From: Ostrea edulis
Lineage: Eukaryota
Reading direction: 5' to 3'
NCBI RefSeq assembly: GCF_947568905.1
Contig: NC_079172.1
Span: 9,114,001-9,178,000 of the forward strand
Length of the DNA stretch: 64,000 bases
The notes below the pieces were generated by a model, which was not told where the DNA came from, did not search any database, and saw only the letters and a list, made by a program, of their open reading frames with translations. Each line of letters starts with the position of its first letter. Within the stretch, counting starts at the first letter, position 1. This document shows, piece by piece, positions 52,401 through 64,000 of this stretch. The translations under genes were made by a program, and so were the position numbers.

Positions 52401-54267
52401 TATCACATCAACAATTATAGAAAAATGTATTTTAAAAAACACATCTCCAAATAACACATCTTTTTATTGAGTTTTCCCCTTTATTTATTACTTGCAAAAG
52501 TACTACTTTGGCCAAAGATTTGTTTTCCAATTGCTTTGGAATTTCAGGGCTAGTGGAAGAGAGATTAAACATATACCATAAACATAAGACATGCAACATA
52601 GGTAGTATGCAAGGTGAAGATAACGAACAGTGATCAATCTCATAACTCCTACAAGCAATACAAAATAGATAGTTGGGCAAACACGGACCCCTGGACACAC
52701 CAGAGGTGGGATCAGGTGCCTAGGAGGAGTAAGCATCCCCTGTTGATCGGTCACACCCGCCGTGAGCCCCATATCCTGATCAGGTAAACGGAGTTATCCG
52801 CAGTCAAATCAGTGTGCCAAGAACGGCTTAACAATCGGTATGAAACACGTCAGACAGCATTTGACCCAAGGCGAGGTTGTATTGACGAACTAGATCGTTA
52901 TAACGACCATAGAATTTGCGAAATGCTGACTTCAATCGAGACTGTTGAAATCCCTGTACCATCAACTTGTTTGTCAGTAGCTTACCTCGATTTAAAAACT
53001 GACTATACCCAGAACAAGCTCTTGCATATCTGTTCCTCTGCCAAACACGTGGCACTACAAGTGAAAGCCACGAGTCTTTGTGAAATGTGACCTTCAAAAC
53101 AGAGGTCCGTGTAGGTACTATAAAGAACCCAGAGTTCTATTATACACGGCGGTGGTGACCGGTCGACAGGGGATGCTTACTCATCCTAGGCACCTGATCT
53201 CACCTCTGGTGTGTCCAGGGGTCCGTGTTTGCCCAACTTTCTATTTTGTATTGCTTATAGGAGTTATGAGATTGATCACTGTTCATTATCTTCACCTTTC
53301 ATAAGTCAACGTTTGTGGTACTTCACGTGAAGCTGGTTCTACAAAAATGAAAAATTCTCGAATGGGACTTAAATAGCATACAAAAGATCCTGAGGCCAAG
53401 CCCTAGTAATGTTCATCAATTATGTATATTGTTATTTGATTGTGAAACAATAAGATTTGTTGTACCTGCTTGATCACTGTGCAGTGAACTGGGGTCTAAC
53501 CGAGAAACTGGTAGTTCTGTAAGAAGATCACCAACAGGGTTCGTCTGGAAAAGAAGATGTATCTGTGAAATACTACGTCACAGAGCGTGGTCTCACTCAG
53601 AATGCAAAATCAGAGTTTGATAAATGATGTTCATCTTAGTCACACACGATTTGACCTTCGTCTGTCAGTCCACCAAGTGTAAAGTCAATGTCTTGTAAAG
53701 GACAACAGTTATAACTAAGCCAAAGCTTAAATTTGATGATTGATTAAGAAACAGACAAAAAGAGATAGGCAGACAGATCGTAAACAATAAGCTCCCTCTG
53801 ATATTTGTTGCTCGTAAACATTGCAACTACATTTCTGAGATGACCATGATGATGATGATGATGGAAACTGTTGATATCAATAGGAACAATATCTCACCTT
53901 CCGGTTGTGACAACTATCTTGCTTTTCCATTTCCGGTATCGGAATTCCTTCGTTGCTTTCCAAAGATTCCTTTATTGACAGTCGCAGTGGATCTATATCA
54001 GACAACATCACAAATAAATAAATTAATAAAATCAACGACCTGCACACATTTTTGAATATATGTATGGTTACTTGTCACGTTGTACAATTTGATCTTACTA
54101 CCATTGAGGTGCGTCGGATGTGTGACGTCATGGCACCGAACAGAAGTATTACGTAGAGAACGTTGATCAAGCGATTCACATCTTAAAAGATTTAATGAAT
54201 CCCTATCTCCTGTCAATGAATCCGGTTTCAACACAGGACATCGACCAAGAATGTCGTCAAACTCCAT
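46449..54267 (-). CDS. Uncharacterised ~785-aa protein, 7 exons; low-complexity N-terminal extension, CARD-like module, conserved helical domain, S/T/E-rich tail (paralogue 2)
   Basis: Large last exon 46449-48085 (acceptor TTTCCAG|AATCCATG, phase 1). Upstream exons chain in phase with GT-AG junctions: 54099-54267, 53898-53992, 53466-53562, 52305-52399, 51991-52186, 48206-48274 (total 2358 nt). The last exon is certain; the upstream exons and the true start are inferred from splice signals only. Confidence 0.72.
48826..50660. repeat. 48-bp minisatellite (~38 copies) with higher-order structure, in an intron of paralogue 2
   Basis: Unit ACTACAACTAGTGCTTTTTACAGTGTGTTATATAAGACAGGTTTTAAC; variant units recur at 240-bp intervals. 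Produces the 618-aa artefactual ORF. Confidence 0.96.
51051..51402. mobile_element. Transib-superfamily (RAG-like termini) foldback MITE inserted in a SINE
   Basis: ~150-bp inverted arms starting CACGGTGGCGAATCACGTGAC and CACGATGGCGAATCACGTGAC; 5-bp TSD CTTAG (51046-51050, 51403-51407); short central spacer. Confidence 0.8.
52610..53302. mobile_element. Penelope-like element: minus-strand RT C-terminus + 3' region (52610-53035) with an inverted 3'-region copy (53144-53302)
   Basis: RYARACSGYSQFLNRGKLLTNKLMVQGFQQSRLKSAFRKFYGRYNDLV resembles the C-terminal part of Penelope-like reverse transcriptases; the flanking 3' regions are reverse complements. Confidence 0.75.
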
Positions 54268-54757
54268 GGTCCTGAAAAATTGTAAGTACTTCTTTTTGAT
54301 AGTAATACATGTATAAATTTAAAGACCCAATTTTAAGATGATACCCCCAAATTGTAAGCTGCCTGCCAATCAAACATTTAACAATAGATTTCAGGTGAAG
54401 TGACATCTGCAGACACTGTGGTCTGGGGCTACCCCAGAGAGGTAAAACAGTATCTACAGGCATTCTTTAGATCTTGAGGAAGCCCAGTATACCTGAGTTG
54501 TGATAGCAAATGACCTGTCGACAATTGCTATTTTCTTGTAATTCAATTGTTTTTAAAAAGGCCCCTGAACAATGCAATTTCAATATAATTGTAATTTTCC
54601 CCCTCTATATACCTGTACATGTATTATAAATTACACAATCAGAAATCAAACAATAATTTGCACAATAAGTTTTAAAACTTGTAACCTATTGAAATAATTT
54701 ATGTCATCAATTTATGATACCTCTATATTTATAACAGAAATTATTCATTGAGTCAAT

Positions 54758-54759
<2 letters not shown>

Positions 54760-54816
<57 letters not shown>
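54760..54816. repeat. (GA)n microsatellite; a second (GA)n/(GT)n at ~32908-32957
   Basis: Directly visible dinucleotide runs. Confidence 0.95.
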
Positions 54817-54821
<5 letters not shown>

Positions 54822-55084
54822 GTGGGTGTAGAATGTGTGTCAGCTACCCTTAGGAATACAACCATTATTCAAACACTATGACCAAAGAAACTCTGCAGAA
54901 GTCCCTGAGACAGGTCCTGTGTATATCAAAACTATAAAAAAGCATGGACAGGTAGATTTCTACCATGTTCTGCCTCTGTGTATTTCTTTGAGTGCCATGG
55001 GATATAGCAATTAACACCTTGGTAGACCCTGGCCACTCCTTGTATTGTATTGTATTGTTTATTGGCTTTAAGCCTTACGGCTCA

Positions 55085-57500
55085 TCAGCATAATACATAT
55101 TCAATTACAAAGTATAAACAAAAAAGATGTATACAGTATGAAAAGTGGAGTGAATATTAGAGGATGGACATACATGAAGAGAGTTATAAGACAAGTTTAC
55201 ATAAAAAAGAAACCAACAAAAAACCAGCATATACATTAGACGATAGTTTGGCTAGATCGTAAGAGTAAAGCACCTTTTAAAAATTTACCCAGATTACAGA
55301 TTTGTTTTCTATTATGAATTGACATCAATTGTACCAGTTTAAACATAGAAGCATGCGACCAATACTATTTTTTTTATATATGCAGATCTGAGGTTTTTGT
55401 ACAAAGGACATATTAAAATAAAATAACATCTGTTTAGATTAGGCTCCGCCTACATTTTCACTGACCGTACGGTCATGAGATGGGTCTTTAATGTGGTATA
55501 AAGGTTTAAAACATGGTATTCAAGAATTCATCAACTACCTCATGCTCTTTCACACACCTTCTCTCCTTCCTGTATTGTACATTATCAAATTAATATTTTC
55601 GTGTATGTTTCCAGAGAGAGGTAGGAGGTTAGGTAGTCCACATCATTGGTTAAAAATTACATAACATATTCGCAGTTAAAACATTTTTGTTACGCAATTC
55701 TTTGTCTTTTTAGGCTTTTATATAGAAGAAAGTCCACTTCTAGTGAAAAGGTTACCTGTGGTGTCCAATAAGTTGACAATTGCTATCCATTATTTTTGAT
55801 AAAGGAAAGATGCTGTCCGTTCTTAAAAATAATAGACAGTTATTGTCAACTTATTGGACAGTGCCAGGTAAACCCAATAACTTATTAGACGTCTACATGT
55901 AGGCTGAAAATAGGAGAAAGACAACACATTTGTCAAAGAGATTTAAGAAATGAAACTTATCATTCATTATTTGATGCATTATTAAGCGAAAAATTGGACG
56001 GAAAACTTCATCATTGCGCGTAGGTTTGCTGATTATATTTTGAACATTCAAGGAAATAATGCACATTTCCTTCAAATTCATAGCCACAATGCAAACAGTG
56101 TGGATCATCTTTCAATAAATGAAGCTTTATTCCGTAACTGACAAAGAATAATATTTTCTTGTCTATTGCCAAAACTAAAGTGCTTTTTGAGTTTTGGAAT
56201 TTCCATCATCTTGAGTTTAGACTTCAATATGGATAAAGTAGGGGAATTTTTTATATCCGCTTTTAGTTCATTCCAGAGTTTGATTGTCGACGGAATAAAA
56301 CTGTTGTAGTAAAATGTTTGGCATAGTGGCAGACTATAAAGATTGCCACTTGACCATTAGTTAACATCTAATGAGTTTCCAAGTCTTTCAGCTTTCTGTA
56401 GGAGTTTCCCTAAATTACTTAATTCACTGACAGTTTCAGTAGACAGTAATTGTAGTAGAAGTTTATACATACTTGGCCTATACCAGTAATCCTTTTTTTA
56501 ATATATAATTTCTTGTACTCATCATGAAGTGAACATTTCAAAATAAAGTGGTACTCATCTTCAATCTCCAAATGACACAAATTACATAATCTATGCTATC
56601 TACGAGTATGAGTGAATCTCCCCTTCTCAATCAATAATAGATGTGCACCAAGTCTATATTTTGCTCTCTAGGAGGAGTGAATCTCCCCTCTCAATCATTA
56701 ATAGATGTGCACTAAATCTATGCTTTGCAATTAACTGAATGCACTTGACTGGGATTGGTTTCCTTAAGTAAGGTCGTAAACAAAACTTGTTCGTTTGATA
56801 TCTGTATAGAAAACACTTTGGAGATGATGAAAAAAAAAGCATCGCACTCTTGTTGGAAACAATCAGTTATTCTTTGTTTGCAAATTTTTGTTTTTAATAT
56901 TTTGACAGTACCAAGCTTCTCCAAACCCCAATGAGAGTAGTAATTTTTTTTTTTTTACCCCAAGTAACCAATTATATTTTGTTCAATGACATGTTTCAAT
57001 TCTTTCAAGCATATCTTGATAAATATTATTCATTATACAGTTCTCTGATTCCAGTAATCTTAACCAAAATGTTATAATGCGCATTTTCCTTTGAATGGGA
57101 AGTGGCAAACGACCAAGTTCATTATAAACCATCAATGTTGAGGTTTTTTTTCTTCTAACTTTCAACATAATTTTAAGATATTCTAAATGTACTTGTCTAC
57201 AGCATCATGTTTATGAAATCCCCATATTTCGCTAGCATAATTCAATACACTTCTTACATAAGTATCAAATAAAGATAAACGGGCGACACCATTACACAAC
57301 ACATCTTTCATCGATTTCAAAAGTTTAAACATAGATTATCTCCCTTAGGAAGCCAACTGTATCTGTGATTTAGAGAAATTATTAGTATGTGAAAGTTTGA
57401 GACCAAGGTAGATGAATTGATTAACAACTTCAATTTCCTCACCATTTAAAATTTTGGTTAAACCGCCCAGGCTTCCTAAATACTACTATTTGAGTTTTAC
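55085..57500 (-). mobile_element. Cluster of decayed CR1/L2-clade LINE 3' fragments
   Basis: Frameshifted remnants: IEVVNQFIYLG, LFDTYVRSVLNYASEIWG, MVYNELGRLPL..RIITFWLRL, IAKHRFSAHLLMIERG, FYYNSFIPSTIKLWNEL, SMFKLVQLMS..NLGKF. Confidence 0.8.
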
Positions 57501-58674
57501 TTACATTAACAGATAATTTCCAATCATTACAATATGAGTGCAGTACATCAAGCCTACACGTAAAACTAGGTGTTGTCATAAGACAGTACTATTCGCACGC
57601 AAGTGTCTGCCTTGAAATATACTCCTCATCGTTCTTGTGTAACTAGCAAAGAAGCCAAAATAGTATACCATGAATATTGCTGCATATGTCAAGATGCATT
57701 GAGTATTCTGTTGGGCAAGGGCCCTGGAATCATCATAAGCCCTTTATTGAAATATATTAAAAAACAATTGAGGTCCTGACCCCTAAACCATATTACATTC
57801 CTGCTGCACATATCAACATACATGGGGCATTCTGATGGGCAAGTGCTCTGGGGTCATCCCAACCCCTTCCCTTTTTGATTGAACTGTTCAAATATCTTTA
57901 AAATGGTTGAGATTCCAACCCTTAAAAGAAATATATTCTTGCTGCACATGACACAATGCATTGAGCAGGTGTTCGTTCGTCGTTTTCCTCCCCATTTGCC
58001 CCTCAAGGTAAAAGACGAGTTTGAGGAAACAGAAAGTGTGACAGACGGACTGACGGACTAAAGTAACAACGATATACCCGAACTTTTTTTAAAGAAAGTA
58101 TATATAAGTATAAATACCGCACAACTAAAACATGTAATAAATTTTGTACAACATGGCTTATTGGGTTAAACATGATACAATGCACCCTCCCCGACTGTTA
58201 CAATTAATAGTAAGCGGTTTAATAGCAATCCAACATGGCGACACTTACATGTAACGAAAGGCTGTTCTGAATACACAACAAACTGATATTTCGATTATCC
58301 GACAAATATGCTAATTCCTTCTGCACACACAGAACTATTTCATCACGAGGACTATGACCAAACAACAGATTAATAAATCACTCGAATTACAACTCTCTTA
58401 GCTGTTCTATAATTACTGGCTGCTTTAAATAGCATTTTCTAAATTTAAATTGATTATGGTGGTTTGACGGTTACGACAATGTTACAGTGTACAAATGGAA
58501 TATATTTACGCTTGAATGGCGGGGATTACTAAAGAAGACCACGCTCTTTCTAAGGTGTCGTACAAGTAAAAACGAGATATCAACTTGACGCAGGCGTCAA
58601 AGATATCATCCGCAGAAGATGACAGATTTTCTTAAGATCGTACTGTAATGACAATAAGCATTTTGTACATCCTG

Positions 58675-59102
58675 CAGGGGCGGATCCAGGAATTGCGGTT
58701 ACGGGAGGCGCCACTTTATGAGGTAGTGGGTCCAGGACGAAACCCTGGTGGGGGTCCAGGGGGCAAAGCCCCCGCAAGCTCCTGGATTTTACAGATTTTA
58801 TGGGGCTTGAAATGTTTCTCCTATTTAGTCATTTGTACTTTTTTCTATCATTTTGATAAGGTGAAATTAATAAAATGACCCAAATTTTAAGGGGTTTTTG
58901 GAAAAAATTAAGTTCTCCCAACAAAGTAATTCAAGAAACCAAAAGATTTTGTCATTTATTTCTCTGGAAGTGGAAGAAATTATTGCTTCTTTTATCGTTT
59001 AGTACATTTTCCTAAACAAGATACCGCGATTTACCTTAAATTTGAAAATTTTAGGGGGGGGGGGGGGGGGCGCCGGCTGCGCCCCCTCTAAATCCGCCAC
59101 TC
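58675..59102. mobile_element. Non-autonomous TIR DNA element (CAGGGGCGGATCC-type)
   Basis: Left terminus CAGGGGCGGATCCAGG, degenerate inverse ATCCGCCACTC at right; partial flanking repeat TCCTG. Confidence 0.6.
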
Positions 59103-62017
59103 TCCTGTCATAACGAAGACCCACGTTGTAATTGTGAAGTCATACTTTAACCAAGATATCTTTATTGCTATATAGGAAGCAAATTCAGTCAATAGAAACA
59201 ATTTTACGCAGATGGATAACGATTTTAGGTCATATATATGTTTGGAGTTTTCACTTGTGTGGAATCACACACACCCCCTCACCTCAAGACCACTTGAATA
59301 TATTATAGTTGTGTGAATCTGCGAAATAGTATTGAATCCAAAAAAAACCACCCCAAAAACCCCAAAAATGAAAAAAAAATAACCAAAAAACAAATAAAAC
59401 CTAAAACCCCAAACAACCCCCCCCCCCCCTGCACTGAACTCTGTATTTCATGAATGAATCAATACATGTAGACAGATAAAGAGTAATAATTGTAATCGAA
59501 TTAAAACGAAGTACATGTAGAAATTAACAACTCGAAAGTAATTTCATTTTTAAATGTAAAGATTGATTTATTTCTAGAGATTATACAACTTGAAGGCTAA
59601 TATTAACGATGATTTCAAGTCCACATTAAGTACTTACTTACTTATCCTCTTCGTGCCACATTAAGTACGTATTACCTTAAATTTGGAAATATTTTATAAG
59701 AATCTATTCACATCAATCCCGCAGAAATGAAAACATTAATTCCGCAAAAACGCATGTACAGCTTGAAAACCCGTATCAAAACAGACTGCGCTCGTGCGCG
59801 ACATGTAATTAAAATTAATGATTGCTTTTAAAGCAAATTGAAAAATGATATCATATCAGTTTTAAGTGAGATTTGAAATTACAATTCATCTAATGAAAAA
59901 ACTTACGAGCTGTGTATATACTTCACGAATCAGTCTTTATATTTCTAAGGCTAACCCTACAATAGAACAGAACACACAATACCTCAGATTCTTTATTTCA
60001 TTAAGTTACAGCTCATCGGTTTATATACAAATATATACAAATAAGGCAGTAGAGGGTGAGTAGACATACAGATACAATTTTTAAGACATACACATGTAAA
60101 TTGTAACAATAAATGTATATAGTGCCGACTTTAAATAAAATTTATTTTACTTTACTTTAGATGTAAATATTAATAATATGTCGCCGCAAGTACATCATTT
60201 CATAAATTACAGGAGCTTTCCTAAGTTATTGATTTCTTTTGTATAATTTACACCTAGAAGCTTTTTCTAATTTGAAGACACTGACTTTTTTGTAATAATA
60301 TGTTTGATTCTGAAATCGTTATAAAAACAACATTCTAAAATAAAATGAAACAGAAATATTCCTGAAAAGTTCATTACTTTATTTTCCAGGTATTACTAAT
60401 TCAAATCAACAGAAATCAGGAAAATAAAATGTCGGAATTGACCTGTTGGGTTTTCGGAGGAGTCATATGAAATATCTTTCGCGAGCGTCGCTGTAAAATC
60501 TTAAAATCATATTCCACAATAAGTCAAGCCGGACAGGAGTTCACTAAATGATATGTATTTTCTATCGGCGTAGTGGAAATAGTTTTGGTATTAAGCGAAC
60601 CATCTCCAAACGTACTTTGAAATAGAATTTGAATGTTGTGAAATTAAGTTAACATATTTTGAGCAATGACTTTTAAAACACAAACTTACTTGTATCAGAG
60701 ACGATGGTGTTGATGAAAATCTACTGCCACTTCCTGTCTGTCTTTTTTTCCTGGAAAACCAATGACATGTAGTGAGGCTTTATCTTACCCGGTTTCCAAT
60801 GTGCATGTACAATATATCTATTGATAGAACAGGTTATCGATCTTCTATAATAATTTACTTCATTCTGGATAATCGGGATTTGAATTATCTTACCTGGTTT
60901 CCAGTGTACATGTATCTATTGATAGAACAACGTTATCGCTCTTTTTATACATGTATATAATAACAATTTACTTCATTCTGGATAATTGAGATTTGAATTT
61001 CCAACAATGTCTCTTCAATATTTCATTAAAGGTTTCAATTGTGGAAAACTGTATACCTGTATAGGTGCGGGTATTATGAAAACTCTATTTGCAAAATAAG
61101 GAAGCATATCAAAGTTTGACTTTTTGCGCCATGCTTTTAATTTTCTCTGTAGCATAAAAAGAAAGGATACATTTTACCCCCTAACGTTGAGCTAATATAT
61201 CGCGTTTCGGGAGTTTTTATCAAAATGTAAACAATGGGAAAGCATTCATATTTCAAACTTACATCATCAGTATCATTGAATTTCTACGTCTTCAAAAGAC
61301 TGTTCAGATCATCTCTTGTCAAGGAGTGTTTAATATGTCTCTGACTGACGCAGTCATTCTGTCACACACCCAGGGTCCTTCTCCCACTGCACTGTTACAC
61401 GCGTGTCCAGGTTTAAGGGTAGGGTCATACTTGTACAGTAGTTTTAAACAGTGTTGACATATCGCTGTGATGTCGTGCCTTTGTTCTTGTAGGACAAAAA
61501 GGTCACCTGTGGTCACCTGATATCTAGACTGCCGCCACTACTACCTACGTCTGCTATCACAGCAAACGTAGGACGATAGCAGACGTAGTACAGGACGACA
61601 TTAAAATCCATTTTTTCTTCTTCATGAAATAAAAGTTTCTATAAAAATGCAAACTACAAGTAGTAATTATATACTGTATATCAATGATTTTATTTCATAG
61701 CATGCAAACTAATTTAAAAAAAAAAAAAAATGAACAATATTTCATGCTGATGGTTCACACCGCGCAAACCTTATCAAGTACGGTAAATGCACTTTGTTTA
61801 CATGTTTTATGATTAAGATAAACACAACAAACTTTCAAAATGATGTATACTAACTTATGTAAATAATTCATTAATCTAATAGGTATCAATATTTTTACAT
61901 GAATAGTTTAAGGAGGCATACTACATCGTCATAATGGCTGACTTCCTTTTAGAACATGAATGAAAATATACATATCAGCAATACATGTATCTGTCAATCT
62001 GATAATGATTAAAATCA

Positions 62018-62294
62018 GCGGTTGGCCGAGAGGTTAGAGCGTTCGCCCCGCATGTGGTAGGCCGGGGTTCGAATCCCGGACGCGATAGACCTAAGTCGTT
62101 AAAACAGGAAGTGACAGTTCCATCGCCAAACGCTCGGCATCAGGTGTGAATGTCACGGGTCCTCGGAGATGACCTTAAAAACGGATGCCCCGTGTCACAG
62201 TAGGTGTGTCACGCTAAAGAACCGGTCTAGGTGACGTCTCCATACGAGTGAAAAATTCTCGAGCGAGACGTTAAGCAAGATACAATCAATCAAT
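62018..62294 (+). mobile_element. tRNA-headed SINE with Meta-type core (internally deleted copy)
   Basis: A box TGGCCGAGAGG (62023-62033), B box GGTTCGAATCC (62066-62076), shared core and (CAAT)n tail. Confidence 0.85.
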
Positions 62295-63161
62295 TCCACG
62301 ATCCGCTCCTCTCTTCATTTTTTATTGTCGCTACACGTGTAGCGATAATAAAAAGGAGGAGCGGATCATTCGAACTGATTTTAAATCAGATTGCAACATT
62401 TGTCTTTTCCTTTTTTTTTTTTTTTTTTTATCTTATTGCCTAGATGAGTAACTCATTGGCTTAGCATGTCGACAGCTGAACTGTAAATTGCGGATTAGAT
62501 TCTAGCATAGGATTTAACTTTTTTTCCAGATTACTTTTTATTAAACCTGCATTAGTGGACTAAATAAAGTAAAATTGAAAGTTTTTAATTTTAAAATATT
62601 GTTGTACAAACATGTAACCTCCACTTTTCATCTATATCAATTTCTCTGGTGTAGTATTCCTCCTTTTAAAAGACACAAACTAACATTTTCAAAATCACGC
62701 ACAATACTGTCTCCTTATCAATGCGATGTAAATACAAAATATCTTCCATTACTGCACTGAGGTCATTGTACTAAGTTTACTTTTGCATAAAGTTCAATAC
62801 ATATATAGAATTTATTCTGCAGCACAGTGATAACGATTTTAGAATTTTTCAGCTTTTGTCCTTCTATACAATACAGTTGACATAGTTGGTAATCTTACTG
62901 ATAAGAGTTACACAGCTAAATGTACTTGGCGATTACTTTGAATTTATCGAGGATGGGGTTTCCACTTCTGAACTTCGTTTTCTATTTGTCCATAGCTAGA
63001 ACATCTTTATGTGCTTCAGAAGGTAAAATTATTTAAAATCTTAGATTTTTCATCTATTTTTAGAATTTAATTTACACTCTACATTTCAATTTAATAAGAT
63101 ATTTATACAGGTACGTGCAATTGACATAAATGTATGGTTTATAAGATAAATAACATTTCAG

Positions 63162-63360
63162 GTTGGTTTTTACACGTGACGGACTTTCATTGGGACAGCA
63201 CGTACACCAGCAGGGATTTGTCTTGCAATGGCGTTGTGAATACTCACGGCGTCTATGGTGATTATTGGTGCGATTCTCCATATTCACTTATTGACGTCAC
63301 GATCAAAGCCATGAAAAATGCGACGTTGGATAAAACTGTGGATTTCATGCTATGGACAGG
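63162..63360 (+). CDS. SMPDL3: Acid sphingomyelinase-like phosphodiesterase 3 (calcineurin-like metallophosphoesterase), internal exon; gene continues past the window
   Basis: Acceptor TTTCAG| at 63161, donor |GTAAT at 63361. Translation GWFLHVTDFHWD...YGDYWCDSPYSLI...DFMLWTG matches the first metallophosphoesterase motifs of SMPDL3A/B (HxxDxHxD, GDYxCDSP, DFILWTGD). Signal-peptide exon not identified. Confidence 0.88.
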
Positions 63361-63587
63361 GTAATATCAAAACGTGTTTAAATCTACAATTTGGTAGAAA
63401 TTTGACTGTCAATTCTTATATAAAACTTTGACATTTTAAAAAAAAAATTCTGATTGATTGTGATATGCAAAATACGTAATATCCATTTTACACAGATTTC
63501 ATGCAAATGAAAATTACAGATATTTAAACGTTTACCTTAATTTCTTCAGCAATTTCATTTAAGATATCATTGCATTGTTTTGAGTTC

Positions 63588-63855
63588 CGTGAGGGTTCGG
63601 GTTAGAATAGATCCTTAGTTCCCCCTGCTTGTCATAAGAGGCAGCCAAATGGGGTGGTCCTTCGGATGAGAACGCAAAAACCGAGGTTCCATGTCATAGC
63701 AGGTGTGGCATGTGAAAGATCCCTCCCTGCTCAAAGGCCGTTTACAAGCGTCGAGCATAGGCTTAAATTTTGCAGCCCTTCACTGGCAGTGGTGACGTCT
63801 CCATACAAGTGAAAAAAATTCGAGGGACGTTAAACAATATTCAATCAATCAATCA
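63588..63855 (+). mobile_element. SINE sharing the Meta-type core but with a non-tRNA-like 5' segment; further copies at 6014-6195 (+), 20262-20548 (+), 51470-51685 (-)
   Basis: Common 5' GGTTAGAATAGGTCCTCAGTACCCC..AAATGGGGTGGTCCTTCGG, core GTGTGGCACGATAAAGATCCCTCCCTGCTCAAAGGCC and tail GTCTCCATATGAGTGAAA..(CAA[C/T])n. Confidence 0.8.
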
Positions 63856-64000
63856 TTGCTTTGATTTATGAAATTCAAATCTATCTTGAAGTCTGATAGG
63901 ATGCAAGTAAATTAAACCTGAAATATCACGAAAAATTATATATTATTGAAAAAAGTCGCGTATGACCTTAAACTGCATTTGCAAATTGGTCAGCATATTT

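Noticed and set aside
61700-61800. Candidate signal-peptide exon of SMPDL3
   Set aside because: No ATG-initiated frame ends in the required phase-1 donor, so it was left unassigned.
62018-62090. tRNA gene (also 29848-29920)
   Set aside because: A/B boxes are present but the acceptor stem is not convincing and the sequence runs straight into a SINE body.

Overview
AT-rich animal genomic DNA. It is not prokaryotic and is most likely from an oyster-type bivalve, judged from the spliced genes and the repeat families. Five protein-coding loci were reconstructed by hand from GT-AG junctions. (1) Huntingtin (HTT), minus strand, 24 coding exons from ATG 29500 down to 732 (~1400 codons, all exon phases consistent), continuing off the left edge. 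It keeps the N17 helix but has one Gln and no polyQ/polyP tract. (2) A complete 4-exon CYP2-clan cytochrome P450 (+, 38071-42311). (3, 4) A tandem pair of unrecognised paralogues (-): one with a single coding exon (44077-45402) and one with 7 exons (46449-54267). Both have a divergent CARD/death-fold-like module followed by a conserved ~280-aa all-helical domain. (5) An exon of an SMPDL3-type acid sphingomyelinase-like phosphodiesterase (+, 63162-63360). The rest is repeat-rich: Meta-type SINEs, Penelope-like fragments (one with a minimal hammerhead ribozyme), LINE debris, Helitron-type elements, minisatellites and several MITEs with readable target-site duplications. The MITEs include a Transib/RAG-like foldback element and an IS3EU-like element lying next to its own empty site. 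Five HTT splice junctions are each copied into an adjacent intronic tandem array. Most long ORFs in the supplied track are repeat artefacts. All homology calls are from recognition of motifs by eye; no database search was run.
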